Shown piece after piece: positions 48,560 to 61,771 of a stretch of 64,000 bases of DNA. Both the position numbers and the translations under genes were made by a program. Within the stretch, counting starts at the first letter, position 1. Every line of letters begins with the position of its first letter. The DNA lies in contig MU053934.1 of assembly GCA_013239625.1 (NCBI GenBank), forward strand, positions 3,366,399 through 3,430,398, in the 5' to 3' direction. Below the pieces are notes generated by a model. The model did not search any database. It had not been told where the DNA came from and saw nothing but the letters and a program-made list of their open reading frames with translations. The stretch comes from Lama guanicoe (Eukaryota).

Positions 48560-49790
48560 GTGGATTATAATTATAAGGTTCACAGTCAATTTCTAGAATA
48601 GTGATTGCTAGCCATCCTAGTGTAGAGAATGGTTCCCAGAAATACTCCAATCACCCATACCCGCTCTGCTGATTCACATGGTGTCCTGACACAAAGGTGC
48701 AGGGTCAGAGGTCACATCGCTATGTCACCATGACATAGATCCTAGGCACTCGGCATGGGAAAAATGTGGGCAGTGGAGGAGAACCAAGGTCTGCATTGCA
48801 TAGAGCCAGAAGCTAGTCTATGGAACACTCATTCTTCTATTCCTCAGATGTGTAAAATTATAAGTGGAGGATTCAGTTCCCACTGACACCCAGCTCCAGC
48901 AGAAGTTCATGCCTCTGGGCTTGCAGTTAAAATAATACAGCATGCCTACTTATAAATGCACCACACACTGCTTTCTTTTAGGGGGAAGGAATCATAGAAT
49001 TCATCAGAACGCGTCTATTGTAGGACACCAGCCGGTAGCAATACTGCAAACAGTAAGCACATCTGGGCATGACTTTGAACGTTTTATATATCATGACATA
49101 TGGGATTCTGTCTCACACGCAACACATTTTGTTCTGACAGAATCTGTAGCTTCTGGGGAAACAACACAGAAAATGCGTCTTTCCCAAATTTGAAAAAATT
49201 AAAAATTAAGATTTACATGACATTACCAATAACAGATTGTGAAACTGAGAAAAAAAAAACTTTTCTGAAGTAAAAAAAATAAAAAAACATTTTTGCTCAG
49301 GCATACTAGAAGCCTGACTTTTCTTTCTCCTTACAGAAAATATAATAAAGTTACTGCTATGTGAAATGCATGCAGCCTAAAATTGTAGAAAAAAGGTATA
49401 AAGCCGCATGTCAGGTAGTTAGGTAAAAATTTCTTACTGTTCTGACTATGATTATGGTATTTGTCAGCCTTTTAAAGTTTGCAGTGGGGAGGGTATAGCT
49501 CAAGCAGTAGAGCACGTGCTTATCACACATGAGGACCTGGGTTCAATCCCTAGTACCTCCTCTAAAAATAAATAAAAACAAATAAATCTAATTACCTCCC
49601 CCTACCAAAAAAAAAATTTTTTTAAGGAAAATACAAAAAACAGTTTGCAATTTATAGGAATGTATTTTCTCATTCTAAATAAATACCAGATTCTGCATAC
49701 ATAATTTTTGGGTTTTTTTTTTTTAAAGAGATCCCCAAATTTTTACAAACTTCAGCTTCCATAAAACTTAAGTTCACCTGGTCCTGATAT
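48560..49790. mobile_element. Fossil hAT (Zaphod/Tip100-like) DNA transposon fragments
   Basis: AT-rich body ending CCCCAAAT...AACTTCAG.TTCCATAAAACTT..CACCTG, which resembles a recalled hAT-Tip100 terminus. Family assignment is tentative. Confidence 0.4.
49486..49640 (+). mobile_element. tRNA-Ala-derived SINE
   Basis: Head + CTAATTACCTCCCC + A tail. TSD AGTTTGCA. Confidence 0.85.
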
Positions 49791-52700
49791 AAGCTGCATT
49801 TCTTACCTTGGATGAATATCTATCAAAAAAGATTGAAAAGCTCTTGACTAGATAAGTTACCTCAAAGCTTTCTTCCAGCTCCAGAATTCTCTAAGTCTGT
49901 GTCTGTGGGAAGCACACCCTGTCCCCTCCCCCTCCCCCCAGCAGCTGCAACGCTGACAGAAAGGCAAGGAAGTTCTTTCTTGGAGCTTCTCCAAGTCTTT
50001 CCTGCTGTACTTGGAGTCACTGTCCCTCGGGGAGACAGAGAGACAAAGTGCTAGTGTGCAAAGTTCCCAGGGGGGGAGAAGTGAAGCCCTAAAGGTACAC
50101 ACTTCAGAGGGGAAGGAAGAAAAGGGGGTGGGACCAAAGCCTAAACGTGGGGAACAGAAAGGAGGACCTCTCCCAGTACATCAACAGTAGTCACCACTTG
50201 GAGCTTTCTTTATTTAGCGCTTACTGAGTGCACTCACATGCTATGTCTTCTACATGTTATCTCTAATCCTTTGCCGACCGAGGCTCAGGAGGTGAAGGAC
50301 TTGCCCAAAGTCACATCACTCTGCTCTCTCCTGCCTTGCACACAGGTCCCTCTAGCCACGTCATGCTTCATGGGTTCCTAAAAATCTTACATGCCACATA
50401 CTGTCCCCTCGTCTAGGGGAGGACATTCCTCCTCCTTCTTTAGCTGCCTGCTCAAGGGCACCCTGTCCTCTCTCCCCTCGATCCACCAGCAGGGTCATTG
50501 GTCTCGCACTCCTCTGCCACACTTAGGATTTACCAATACAGGACTTGCTACGGCACCGCAGGTGTACAGCTGTCTGGTGCACTGTCTTCTTGGCACCACC
50601 CCGAGCTGACTTTATCTTTTTCATTTATTATTTATGTTTATTAGTTTGCTAGAATGTAAGTCCCATAAGGGTGGTGCCTATCCTCTCTTATTCACCCTTG
50701 TGTTCCCTGACACAGGACTCGGCACAAGGTGGGCGCACAATTATTATTGCTACCTCAGTTACATTACAAACTCCAAGTCTCAGGGCACAAGAATGAATGG
50801 TATGTCTATCAGCCAATTAATGCAGGGCTATATCTGCATATTGCCTTCCTATTGGTGAAATCTGGGGTTTCTGGTTTTTTTCCAGCCAATGGAGGGAGGT
50901 TCAACATGCTGACCTCTGTGGCCACACTCTCCTGTAAAAACCAGATCTTCCTACCCACTGGAAAGGAGTATGCGGGGAAACCCGTTGCTCAGACACTTCA
51001 CTCCCCAGCGCAAGTTTATTCCTCCAACCCAGGTTGGCACACAACTCAGACGTCAGCAAGTGTGACCCCACCTGGTACACCTGAGCACCAGAGCTGGGAG
51101 AGGCTGATGTTGCCAAGAGCTGGGGCAGAGGGAGGCCGGGGACCAGGGTACCACTAAGCTGTGGTGATCACCCACATCCCACAGTCAGACCATCGGGGTG
51201 AGTCTACCTTACTCTAGACCTGCACATCTCTGACTTAAGGTCCTTGAGAAACCAGAGCCGGGAAAGGGGGTTCAGGGAGCAGGGGGTGGACTGAGCATAG
51301 GATAAGGCTAACTTTGAACTGCAAATTCCTGGGCCACACCCCCAGAGTCCAACTTGAATATGAGGTTGTCCAGGAGCCTGAATTCATAATTAACTGCCCA
51401 GGGGATTTTTGGCATGGATTGTCACCTCAGAGAAAACCAGCAGAGTAGACCCAGAACAACCTTGGGAATCAAGCAGAACTTGGTACCAGCTCTCCATAAC
51501 CCATGGCCTCAGTCAGGATTCTCTTTAACCTCGCTGGACCTCAGTTTCCTCCTCTGTAACATGGGAGACTAATCCCTCCCTCAAAGGTATGATATATATG
51601 TAGAAGTCATGGCACACAGCAGGTGAGTCAATAACTAGAAGTAAATCATCCACATCGTGGAGTCAGGGCAAAGGTAGCGGAAGAAACCAACTCCCAGGAC
51701 ATGGAAAAGCCCAATAAACAAGTTCACTTCTCTTGTAGCCTCAGTCCTCTCCCTCCACAGGCAAGAAATGACCCAGCCTCCCTTGAACCAAATCTTATTT
51801 TTCTGTCCCATTATTTCAGGCAATCCAGATTTTCTGGGAAAGCCTGAATTGCAAACAATCAATTAGATCATCTTCTGTAATATAAGCATTTATATTTGCT
51901 CTGAATTTTCTATTTCCTTCTACCTAAAAGGTCATTCTTTTCCATAAATGTATTAAATGTGCAGGGAAATAAGGCTGAATTTAAATACTTTTTGAGCCTT
52001 TTCATTTATGTAAATTCATAAATCAGGGCAATAACCTTCCTTATACTGCATGGCCTAGTTCTGATTCAGAAAAGATGAGTCCCCTCCCCACCTCTGCACA
52101 CATACATGTGACCTCAGAACATTTACACTTGCCGTTCTCTCTGCCTGGACATCCTTCTTACAGCTGGCTCTTTTGCAGCTTAAATGTCAAGTCCTCAAGA
52201 AAGCCTGCCGGGGTCACTCCACACATGGCTGCCACTCTTCTTACACCAGCCTGTTTGGGTAGCTTTGTAATTATCTTGGTGTGTTTTGTTTGTTTTTATG
52301 TTTTCTGTCCTTTGAAGACAGGGTCTTGGCCTTATGTGGGCTCTTATGATGGAGGCTGTGTGGGAACGTTGATCAACCACATCCTCAGGTCCTCAGAATT
52401 CTCATCTGTAAAGCAAGAAGAATAATATCCACCCCTGGGGTCTGTGTGAGGATGACAGGAAGCAATGACAGTCATGGGGCTCTGTGTCCCCGCCCCCAGG
52501 GGTCTGCCTGGAAGGGAGATGTGAGCCAGGATCTGGCTGGAGTCACAGGGGTTGGACTTGAGGCCACATCTCAGTTTGTTCCCTGGACCTTCTACAGTCC
52601 CCCCAAGAAAATATCCGGTGCTCTCCCAAATATCTCTCCTCTCTCCTCCTCCCCAACCCATCCTCACCAGCATCTCCAGTGTTGGAGGGGTTTCTCTGGG

Positions 52701-54859
52701 ATGGGTCTGGAACATTTAGCCACATTTCTGGTTTAGTTGATTACAGCTGCTTCAAGGATAGCACAGCTTTACTTGCCCACCCTCTCCTAGGGGGACCCCA
52801 AGGCACTTAGAGGAACATGTTTGCAAACGGTGGAGATGGGAACAGCTGCCAAAGGTCCAATTCCTGTGTTTCTTGTTTCCAGTGTTGATTCTCCCTTTCA
52901 CCATCCTCACCTTCCTCACTGTCTTAGGTTCCTCCTTCCATAAATTCTATCCTGACCCCCAGTCTGGTCTAAGTCCTATCGGCGTAGCCACTTAACTGAC
53001 TCCCTTACCAAACCCTGCTCTCCACGACTCACTAAGGTAAGCCTAGAGCCTTCATTAAAAGTACTGACCCAGCTCCCCTCTCCACCCTACACACTGGCTG
53101 TGCAATGTTGGGCACCTTCCTGCACCCCTCCACATAAACCTTATGAATAATAGTTTCAACTCATCCACTTATTCAATGCAAGTTTACTGAACACCTAGGT
53201 ACCAGTTACTCTTTCAAGCCTTGGAGATACATCAGTGAACCCTATAGATAAAATTCGTCATCTCACAGAGCTTACATGCCAGTGGGGAAGAAAGACAAAA
53301 AACACGGTGAAGGAAATAAATATACAGTGGGGATAAGGGCTAAGGAGAAAAGTACAGCAGAGAAAGAGGGTTGGGAGGGTGTGTTTGGGGGTTTACTTTG
53401 CAGACACCCTTGCATTGAATTCTCAAACCTTGTTCCAGATGAGAAGCCTGAGATCTAGGGAGGCTGTGGCTTGTCCTAGGTCATGCAGTTTACAAAGCAT
53501 TTGAACCCTGGTCAGAATCTCTGCTGTCTTTAAAAAGTGACTCTTGACAGCACGTGTATGCCCCTAAATCAATGTGGTAAATGCGGTTGCATTTTATTTC
53601 TGTAATAATTCATTTCGGTAATAAAAGAAACAAACGAAAAGAGCTCTAAATACGTATTATGTTACAGCTTTTATTGAGGAATGCAATAAACATACATATC
53701 ACTTTCCTGTATAATTTTAATGGCCTGTGGAGAATTTAGAAAGGCGTCCCAGTTTGCTGAATGGTTGAGTTTAGGGGAAAAACTGACCCAGCACATGCCT
53801 CAACTCCCTGATGAGGTCACTGCGGTTCTGCAAGGTGAATCGAGGTCACTCGCCAGGGCGACGGCCGAACAGAACCGGATTCACCAGCTTCTCTGTCTCG
53901 ATCTTGCTTTAACCCTCGCGGAGACAGGATGGCTCGAGAGGACACCACGGGTCAGTTCCCGAGAGGGCCGCCAGGGGGCGACGGAATGCAACGGACCCAG
54001 GTGAGTCGGGGCCCCGGCTCCCCTGCGGCGTGACGTCACAGGGCGGTCCCGGGCCGCGGGTGGGAAAAACAGATAACGAGGGTCTTTAATGGACGGAGAA
54101 ACGGCAGGAGAAAAGGCACCGAGGCCAGGAAGTCTGTTTATTCTGCCCTCCCTGATTTCAGTCTGGCCCCCACCAGTATCTTCCGCCCATTGTTGCTGCC
54201 TGGAGCTTTCTAAAACAAAAGCCTGACTTTGTCACTACCACTCGTGAAACTCTTTAACGACATCTTCAACACAGTTTACAAATAAAAAAGTCAAACGCAG
54301 GATTTGTGTAATCTTGCCCCAACCTATTTTCAGGCCAGCATCCTCTGGACCCGTATTGAAATACTTTCAATTATCTGACCTCATCATACTCTTTCCTGTG
54401 AGCCCTGAAATGTTTGGTTCCCTCCACCTGGAATATCTTTTCGCACCAGGTTTACCTGGAGAATTCCGACCTTCTTGCAACTACACATTACCTTCTCTGT
54501 GAAACCTCCCCTGACAAGACCTCTCCTCACCCCGCCCCCCGTACCCACCTGTTTGGGTCCTGTGTTGCCACTACCCCATGGGCTTCCTCCATCACGTTGT
54601 GTAACAATTATCTGGCCTTGCCTTTCTCCCCAGCGCCTGCCCCAGAGCAAAGTGAATGCATAGTACATGAAATGATTGCAGAATGAAAGGAGACAGTACA
54701 GGGTTCAGGCTCTGCCACTTGTGTGACCTCAGACAAACTATCTGGCTCATGGGTTTGTTGTGAGGAGTAAATAGACAAATGTATTTTTCAAGTGCTTAAA
54801 ACAATGGTTGGAACACTGTTAAGCACTCGACAAACTGACTTTTCACAGTGGCCAACGTG

Positions 54860-55640
54860 TGTCATTGCCCTTTTAAGGGCCCCTCTCACTTTTGTATCTA
54901 AGCGGAAGTACGCGCTCAGAGGTCCGGAACTGACTTCAGAGCCCCTCAGAAATATGGCCGCGGAGCGTCCTTCCGGAAGCGGTCACAGGGCTCTCTGTGA
55001 CGCACAACCAGTTAGAGCGTCCCGTGGGGTTTCCATGGTGCAGCCCTCAGACCTAGTCCCTCTGCTTCCTCTCTGGCCCGAGCGCCGTGAACGAGGCGGC
55101 GGACAGCCGATCCCTCCCGCGATGTAGACGCCGCTTGGGGGAGGGTTTGGGAGAGCGGGCGACGCTCTAGGCGAGTTCTTTCTCGTCTCTATGGTGGCGA
55201 GTGAGCTTGTCCGCCGCTCCCGCACGTCGGGGCGGACGTTGCCCCTTTAATCAGCCGAGGGCGGTGTCGAGGAGGTCCCGCGAGAGCGGCAGGGGGTTGG
55301 GGGCGGTACCGAGGCTGGGGGCCCGTGGCTGATGGAGCCCGCGATGGAGCCGGAGACTCTGGAGGCGCGAATCAGTGAGTGTCCGGGAGGGGCGCGGGTC
55401 GGACCGGAACCGGAACCGGGGGCACTAGGCGGGCCCCTTCCCGACGGGGGCGGGGTACGGGGCGCCCCCTCCTCACGCCCCGCCCCCGGCCCGGGAGGGG
55501 CGATGTCCCGTTCTCGTACTTCCGACCCTGGGATGATAGGAGGCCCCATCAGCTGCGCGGACCCGCGGTGGGAGTGGGCGCCGCCCACCCTTCCGATCCC
55601 TGGGCCGAGACCCCCGGGGAGGAGTGAGCTGGCCCAGCTC
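54860..55640 (+). promoter_or_regulatory. GGA1: GGA1 CpG-island promoter
   Basis: CpG-rich, with ETS motifs (GCGGAAGT ~54902, TTCCGGAAG ~54971), YY1-like AATATGGC, half-CRE TGACG and GC boxes; spans coding exon 1. Confidence 0.8.
55332..55374 (+). CDS. GGA1: GGA1 exon 1 (coding part)
   Basis: MEPAMEPETLEARI + A|GTGAGT. Confidence 0.95.
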
Positions 55641-58600
55641 TGCGTCCAGACCCCTCGGGATGGAGAGAGCAGCCTTCAGCACCCTCGGGCCCAGACTTCA
55701 CTGCCGAATGGACACCCAAGTCATTCTCTGGGGCTCCTGGAGGGAGCAAGCGAGCGGCCCCTAGAACTATACCTCAGACCCGGGAGGGACCCTGCCCCCC
55801 TTGAGTCCCGAATCCTCCACTCATTGGCATCCATGGCATAACTCCCTCCTATCTGTCCCTTGAACTTGCAGCTAGTCTCAGATTTGCTCGTTACCCTGCC
55901 CATGAAAGGAGGACCCACTGGCCCATCTGGTCAACCAAGCTGGGGCCCCACAGTAAGAAACTCCCAAACCCTACAGGCTTGGTAGGATCCTGTTTCAGTC
56001 CCCAGAAATAATTTAAAGTCCAATATCACTACCCTCAGCCCAGCCCGTTAGATTGTGCACCCTGAACAAAGACTCCTTTCCTAGCCCTTGCTGAGCTTCC
56101 TCCAAAGGCCCCTGCACCCTCTCCTGTGTCTCCTCAGACACAGCTTCCTACCACTCAGGCTTCTCAGTACTGGCCCCCCATCTTCCACCTGATTTCCCTA
56201 TCCTACATTGCAGAAGATCCTCGAATCTGTTAAGCCCACTACTGGACTCTGCCTCTGAAAGCTTGGCTTGCTTCTCCCTGGCTGACAACTCCCACCCCAG
56301 CAAGCCCTTTCCTCCCACTGGGCCCACATCTGCACCAGGGCCTCAGGCAGGCCTCTGGGTCTACCTTCACCTCAGCCTTTTGGCTCCAGGGAGCTGCACA
56401 GAGTGATTTGGGGTCTTGAGCAGCATCTTTTAAGCCACTCTTGAGCAGAGTTGAATCTTGAAGTTGATTCCAGAGCCGTACCATCTCCAGAGGTGTTTCA
56501 GAGTCACTCTGGCCCGTAGAAGGGGAGGGCATGGAAAGGAAGCACTCAGCAGTCATCGAGACTCTTCTGGAATGCCACAAGTGCCCAGGTCTCAGCAGTA
56601 ACCTGGGGGGATGGGCAGGGCCTGAGCTGACAGATCTGACAGCCACAGGCCTTGAGCTGTGGGTGATACAAAACATGGTCAGGTTTAGCAACAGTGGGGA
56701 TTTTCTGAGAGATCTAAGAGTCTAATCTGAGAAATAAACAGGAGTCAGGATACCCCGGTTTGGCAGTAGGCTGAACCCTGGTAGACTGGAGCTGAGATTG
56801 TTTTCTTTTTCTTCTCCTTCATGCCCTGGCAAACTTGTAAGCTCCTTTGCAGTAATTGGAGGTAAAAAGTAGCTTTTGGTGGGTAAATGATGTTACTGTC
56901 ACCACTGTGAAGTGACAGGGTAGAGTCACGCCCTATTGTGAAACACCTCCCTCCCTCCCTCCCTCCCTGGGTGTTTCCCCCTGCTGCCTGCTGGGGAAAG
57001 TGCTGTCCGCAGGCAGAAGTCAGAGGGCTGGGAGTTGAGGGCCAGGGCCGGAGAGGTTGGTCTGATCTCCTTGGACCCAGAGGCCCTCCCTCTGAACCAG
57101 ATGCAGAGAAGATGTCTCGTGATGCCACTACTTCCTCCTCCCTGGCTTCTGACTCAGGAGCTGGCTCTAGAACCAGTTTCTCTGTCCTCACTCAGATTCA
57201 TGTGTCTCTAACATTTTAAGGGACTTCCAGCTGGGTGTCATTGAGTAGGCAATACCCAGCCCCGTTCTATCTTTCTACCTCCAGACTGGTGTTCCCCAGC
57301 CTCTGGCCGTGTTAGGGGCCTAAGAGGCAGAGTAGATGGGAGGTGAGAGATTCCTATTCCTGGGATCTCTGGGTGGTCAGCAGGGGCTTCATTTCTCCCA
57401 GGGACTGGCAGGCCCTACAGGGCTCCTGGAACCAAGATTTGTGCACAGAGAGAAAACGCACCATTCAGATCTCTGCTCAGCTGTATCTCTGAAAGTCCTC
57501 CCAGAGGACAGCACCCCTGCATATACACATTCTCTGTGCCTTCTCCCTGCTCTATTTTCTTTATAGCTTTCTGTACCCTGTGTTTTGTTTACCTGAGTAG
57601 TCAGAGTTTCTCTTGATGGGCTCTGATCTCCAGGAGGGCAGGGATTTTGTCTTGTTCACTGCTGTGGCCCCACACTCAGAATATTTATTGCGTAAATAAG
57701 AATTGAATGGTTGGCTGCCAAGCACTGGAACCCTGGGGCTCCAAGCCTCCCGCTACAGCTCAGGGCCCCAAGAAGGCAGGCGCCACACGCCGAGTCGACA
57801 GCTGCCTCCGGTCCGCAGATCCTTCTGTGTCCCACCTCCTGGGCCATGTCCTCCACACCCCAGGCTCAGTCCTCACGTTTGGGCATAACTGATCAGGACC
57901 AGGTGACACTTAGGGGCGGGCTTCTGGGAGGCAGTGAAGAGCCAGCTCTGGCTACCCCCACACCTTCCCCTGCAGAAAATACTGCGTCACCCCCTAATCA
58001 CTTGGATTTTGCTCCATCTTTACAAATGGGGAAACGGAGATTTGGGGAGGCTTTGTGACCTACTTGATTGTAGGGTCGGGGGGCTACCATCTGGCCTTTA
58101 CTACCCCTTCTTGTTGGCCTTTTCCTGGCCACTACCCATTCCTGGATTCACATTCCCCTGGAACCTCCCCCTGCCTGCTTGTAGCTGAGCCCTGATCCTT
58201 TCACTCATTTACTGGGGGAGACAGGCTGGTTGCAGTGCAGCAGCAGGCTCGGTCCAGGATGAAGGCAGGTCTGGGGTCCCAGAGGAGAGAGCTGGCTTGG
58301 CAATGCTGCCCCAGGCAGGTGTGGGCATTACAGGAAGGAGGAGGCGATACCTGAGCCTCACTCCTTACCGAGGCCCTTGGTGCCCTGCCCTGGGCTCTTC
58401 TCAGCCCTTGAGCCGCTCAGAGGCATGTCATCTCCAGCCTGGTTAACTCCTCCAGCGCTTCTTGTGTTGCCTCTTCCAAGCAGCCTCCAGGGGCCCGAGG
58501 CTCAACTGAGTCCCCTCTTCCGGCTTCCCGGTTCCCACGGCTCCTTTGCCTCCCTCTGTTTGTACTGAGAACCTAGCTGCCCTTGGCCCACTTCCCAGCT

Positions 58601-58920
58601 GCAAAGCTCCTTGAGGTTGGAGCTCTGGTTTTTTTCGCTTACCTCCGGATCTCCCCTGAGAGTAGGTTCCATGAGAATTGTGGGGACACTTTTCAGGCGC
58701 AGAATCAGAGGAGATGCAGTTGAGGGGGCAGAGGGTGTACAGCAGCAGAGGTGGGGGCGATGAGGGGTAGGGAAACGACTCCTGAGCTTAATGTGGGGCC
58801 CTTCGGGGAGAAGCCGTAAGGGGAAGCCCGCGGACAGCAGCTCCTCTCTGCGCTGACTGGACCGGTATCAGGGCTGGGCTCTCTGGGCCCTCGGAGCAGG
58901 GAGTCAAGGAAGGCCTTTTC

Positions 58921-59046
58921 TTTTTCCTTTTTGAGGGGGGCGGGTAATTAGGTTTACTTATTTACTTATTTTAATGGAAGTATTGGGGATTAAACCCAGG
59001 ACCTCATGCATGCTAAGCATACGCTCTACCACTGAGCTCTACCCCC
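58921..59046 (-). mobile_element. Antisense tRNA-Ala-derived SINE in GGA1 intron 1
   Basis: Reverse head (CTCTACCACTGAGCT.TACCC), GTAATTAGGT motif and T-rich tail; AGGCCTTTTC repeated on both flanks. Confidence 0.85.
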
Positions 59047-59189
59047 TGCTACCTAATCCCCGAGGGGAGGCCTTTTCATGTTCTCAGTCCTATGCCCTCC
59101 CCACTCCTGACAGAGGGCCCTCTGCCAGGGCAGGGAGTGGGAGAGGCAGGGACCCCTTCGCCAGGCCACACTGGCCCTCTCTTCTCCAG

Positions 59190-59274
59190 ACAGAGCCACA
59201 AACCCCTTGAACAAGGAGCTGAACTGGGCCAGCATCAACAGCTTCTGCGAGCAGCTCAACGAGGACTTTGAGGG
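59190..59274 (+). CDS. GGA1: GGA1 exon 2 (VHS domain)
   Basis: CAG|AC..; (N)RATNPLNKELNWASINSFCEQLNEDFEG; donor GG|GTAGG. Confidence 0.96.
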
Positions 59275-60553
59275 GTAGGTGGCTTCCCCGTCTTTCACTC
59301 TCAGACTCAGCAGAGCCCGCTCTGCACCTGCCACGCACCCTTCAGACCCTGGCCTCGTGCAGAGATGAGGGTGGGTTGAGACCCAGTTTCCATTCCTAAC
59401 ATGCTCACAAGTTAACAGTGGCAGTGGGCACTGTGTACTGAGTGCTGTTCGTGTGCCACCCTCTGAGGTGGGCCCCGCTGGACCCATTTTACAGGTGAGA
59501 AAACCGAAACCTGGGGGAACTCAGCAGTTGCCCCAAGATCTCACAGAAAGAAAAGGGTAGTCCTGGGCTTGATCAAGCCCAGGGCTGCCTGATCTGCGCC
59601 CATACTCTGTTGGGGAGAGCCTCCCAGAGAACGGCATGCTCCCCCACTGGGAAGGGCCAGCAGGCCCTCTGCTCAAGGAAGAACCAGAGCTATCTGCATT
59701 AGAATCACACGGTGTGCTGGTCAAAAAATGTCCATTCATAGGCTGTGCCCAGACAGGCTAGACTGCCAGGCAAGGAGCTTGGGGGGACTTTGTTAGCAGG
59801 CTCCCCAGGTGGTGCAGCAGCTTGGGGAGCACAGCTCAGTGTGCTTCGCCTCCACTGCGCCCCCACGAATACAGACACTCCCCCAGAAGCCGTGCAGACA
59901 GCGTGACGTGTGTGCCCCACAGTCCAGCTGCTCGGGTGCAGACCCCGTCCCCTCTGTTAGCTGAGTCTCCTGGGCAAGTAACTGGATGCCTCTGAGCCAC
60001 CATTTCAACTGTGGTGGCGACATTGCTGCCTACCTCAGGAGGCTCTTACGGAGATTAGGCAGGAAAAGGGATGTGAAGTGCCTTGCACATCGTAAGCGCT
60101 CAGTACGTGTTAGCTGTTACTGTCACTGGTGGCAGGTCTTTTATGATCTAGTAGACAGTGTCACCACTGCCACCATGATTTCTCCCAGCTTAATGTTCAG
60201 TGCAAATTATCGTGTTCTGCTCCCCCACTGAGCCCTTGAAGGCTTGGTCATCTCTCCATCTTTGTTTCTACTGCAAGCCAAGGACATAGCAGGTCACAGT
60301 TCTCAGTAAAGCCAGCCAAGGGGCTGAGCTCACGCCTTTCAAAGGTTCCTGGCTTGTACTCCCTGCCTGGCCCTGCCCTGTTGGCCATAATCCCTGGTCC
60401 TAATCTGGAGAGGGAGCTGGGCCTTTACACATGCCCTGCAAAAGCCACTGCAGGCCATAGTTCTGGGGCGGGAAGTGGGGGGATGTGGCAGCCCCCACTG
60501 GGTTGCCTGTGGCTCTGTGGCTAGTCTGTCTCTGTGCTTTTCCTCTCACCCAG

Positions 60554-60629
60554 GCCTCCACTTGCCACCCGGTTGTTGGCTCACAAGATCCAGTCCCCGC
60601 AGGAGTGGGAAGCGATCCAGGCTCTGACG
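60554..60629 (+). CDS. GGA1: GGA1 exon 3
   Basis: PPLATRLLAHKIQSPQEWEAIQALT; boundaries CAG| and |GTGAG. Confidence 0.96.
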
Positions 60630-61672
60630 GTGAGGAGAAGGGGAGAGAAGATGCCATCTGTCCCCTGACCATGTGGATGGCACTGGGGGAGGCCAAGACT
60701 GAGGTTTTCGGGGCCCAAACAGGCTCTTTTTTGGAGCCCAAGGGAGTTATGCCAAGATGGCCTAGAACAGGGGTCTGGGCCAGCCCCTGAGGGTCCCCTG
60801 GCGACCAGTGAACCAGTGGGCTCCTCCCTCCCCAGACCCTGCACAGTTAGGCCTCTTGTGGGGAGGAAGCCCCTCAGTCATCTGGGCCAGGTATTCCCAG
60901 CTCTAGCTGTGCATCAGAACTTCAGGAGGCTGAGTAAGGCCTCACCCCAGATCTGCTGACTAGAACCCCTGTAGCGTTTGCATCCAAGAATCTGCGTGTT
61001 TATAGAGCTTACCGCATGCATTGCTGGGCCAGGCCAGCCCATTGATGGCGGCCGGACACAGGACAGCACTGTCCTTCCCACAGGGGTGCAAGGGGTGACA
61101 GCTGGGCTCAGGCTAGAGCTTTCAAAGCTGTGCCAAAGGCAGAAGAGTAGAGGGTGCACCGTGTATGGCCCCCAAGCATGAATCGCATAGCAACTAACCG
61201 TATAGCGAAGTTGATTTTCAATGGTGGTAGATAAACAGTTTCCCTTTTAATAGTTATGTATCCGTTTTAACATGTTAGCATCGCCCCTTACCGAAATACA
61301 TATTCTCTGATTTCACAGATACGTAGCTTAGGAGGTGGCCAAGGTAGACAGCACCTATTTAGGTTTAAAAATAATCAAAGGAAAACAGTAAGAGAGTATT
61401 TTACAAGCGGTGCTCAGATGTGGGCAAGCCGTGGAGGGACTGAGTCAGTGCTGGGTGTTGGGTGTTGCCAGGTTAAGAGTGGCCCGCCCTGTCCCCCAGG
61501 GCGTGTGATCAGTCTCAGGGGTCACTGAACCTCAGAACCCTCTTTTTCTCAAGAGTCATCTTCCCCCTTCTCAGTGCCCATCCCTGGGCTTCTGGGCCCT
61601 GACATAGGTGTGGGAGAGAGGCCCTGATCCATCTCCCTACTGCGGTGCCCGCACCTCCCCCTCCCCCTCCAG

Positions 61673-61771
61673 GTGCTGGAAACATGCATGAAGAGCTGTG
61701 GCAAGAGGTTCCACGACGAGGTGGGCAAGTTCCGCTTCCTCAACGAGCTCATCAAGGTTGTATCTCCCAAG
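61673..61771 (+). CDS. GGA1: GGA1 exon 4
   Basis: VLETCMKSCGKRFHDEVGKFRFLNELIKVVSPK; boundaries CAG| and |GTGGG. Confidence 0.97.

Noticed and set aside
55332..55841. 169-aa ORF as a single-exon protein
   Set aside because: Only the first 43 nt are GGA1 exon 1; the rest is read-through into GC-rich intron 1.
5533..59046. tRNA-Ala genes
   Set aside because: Every tRNA-like head has a SINE tail and/or TSD plus stem mismatches, so these are SINEs rather than bona fide tRNA genes.
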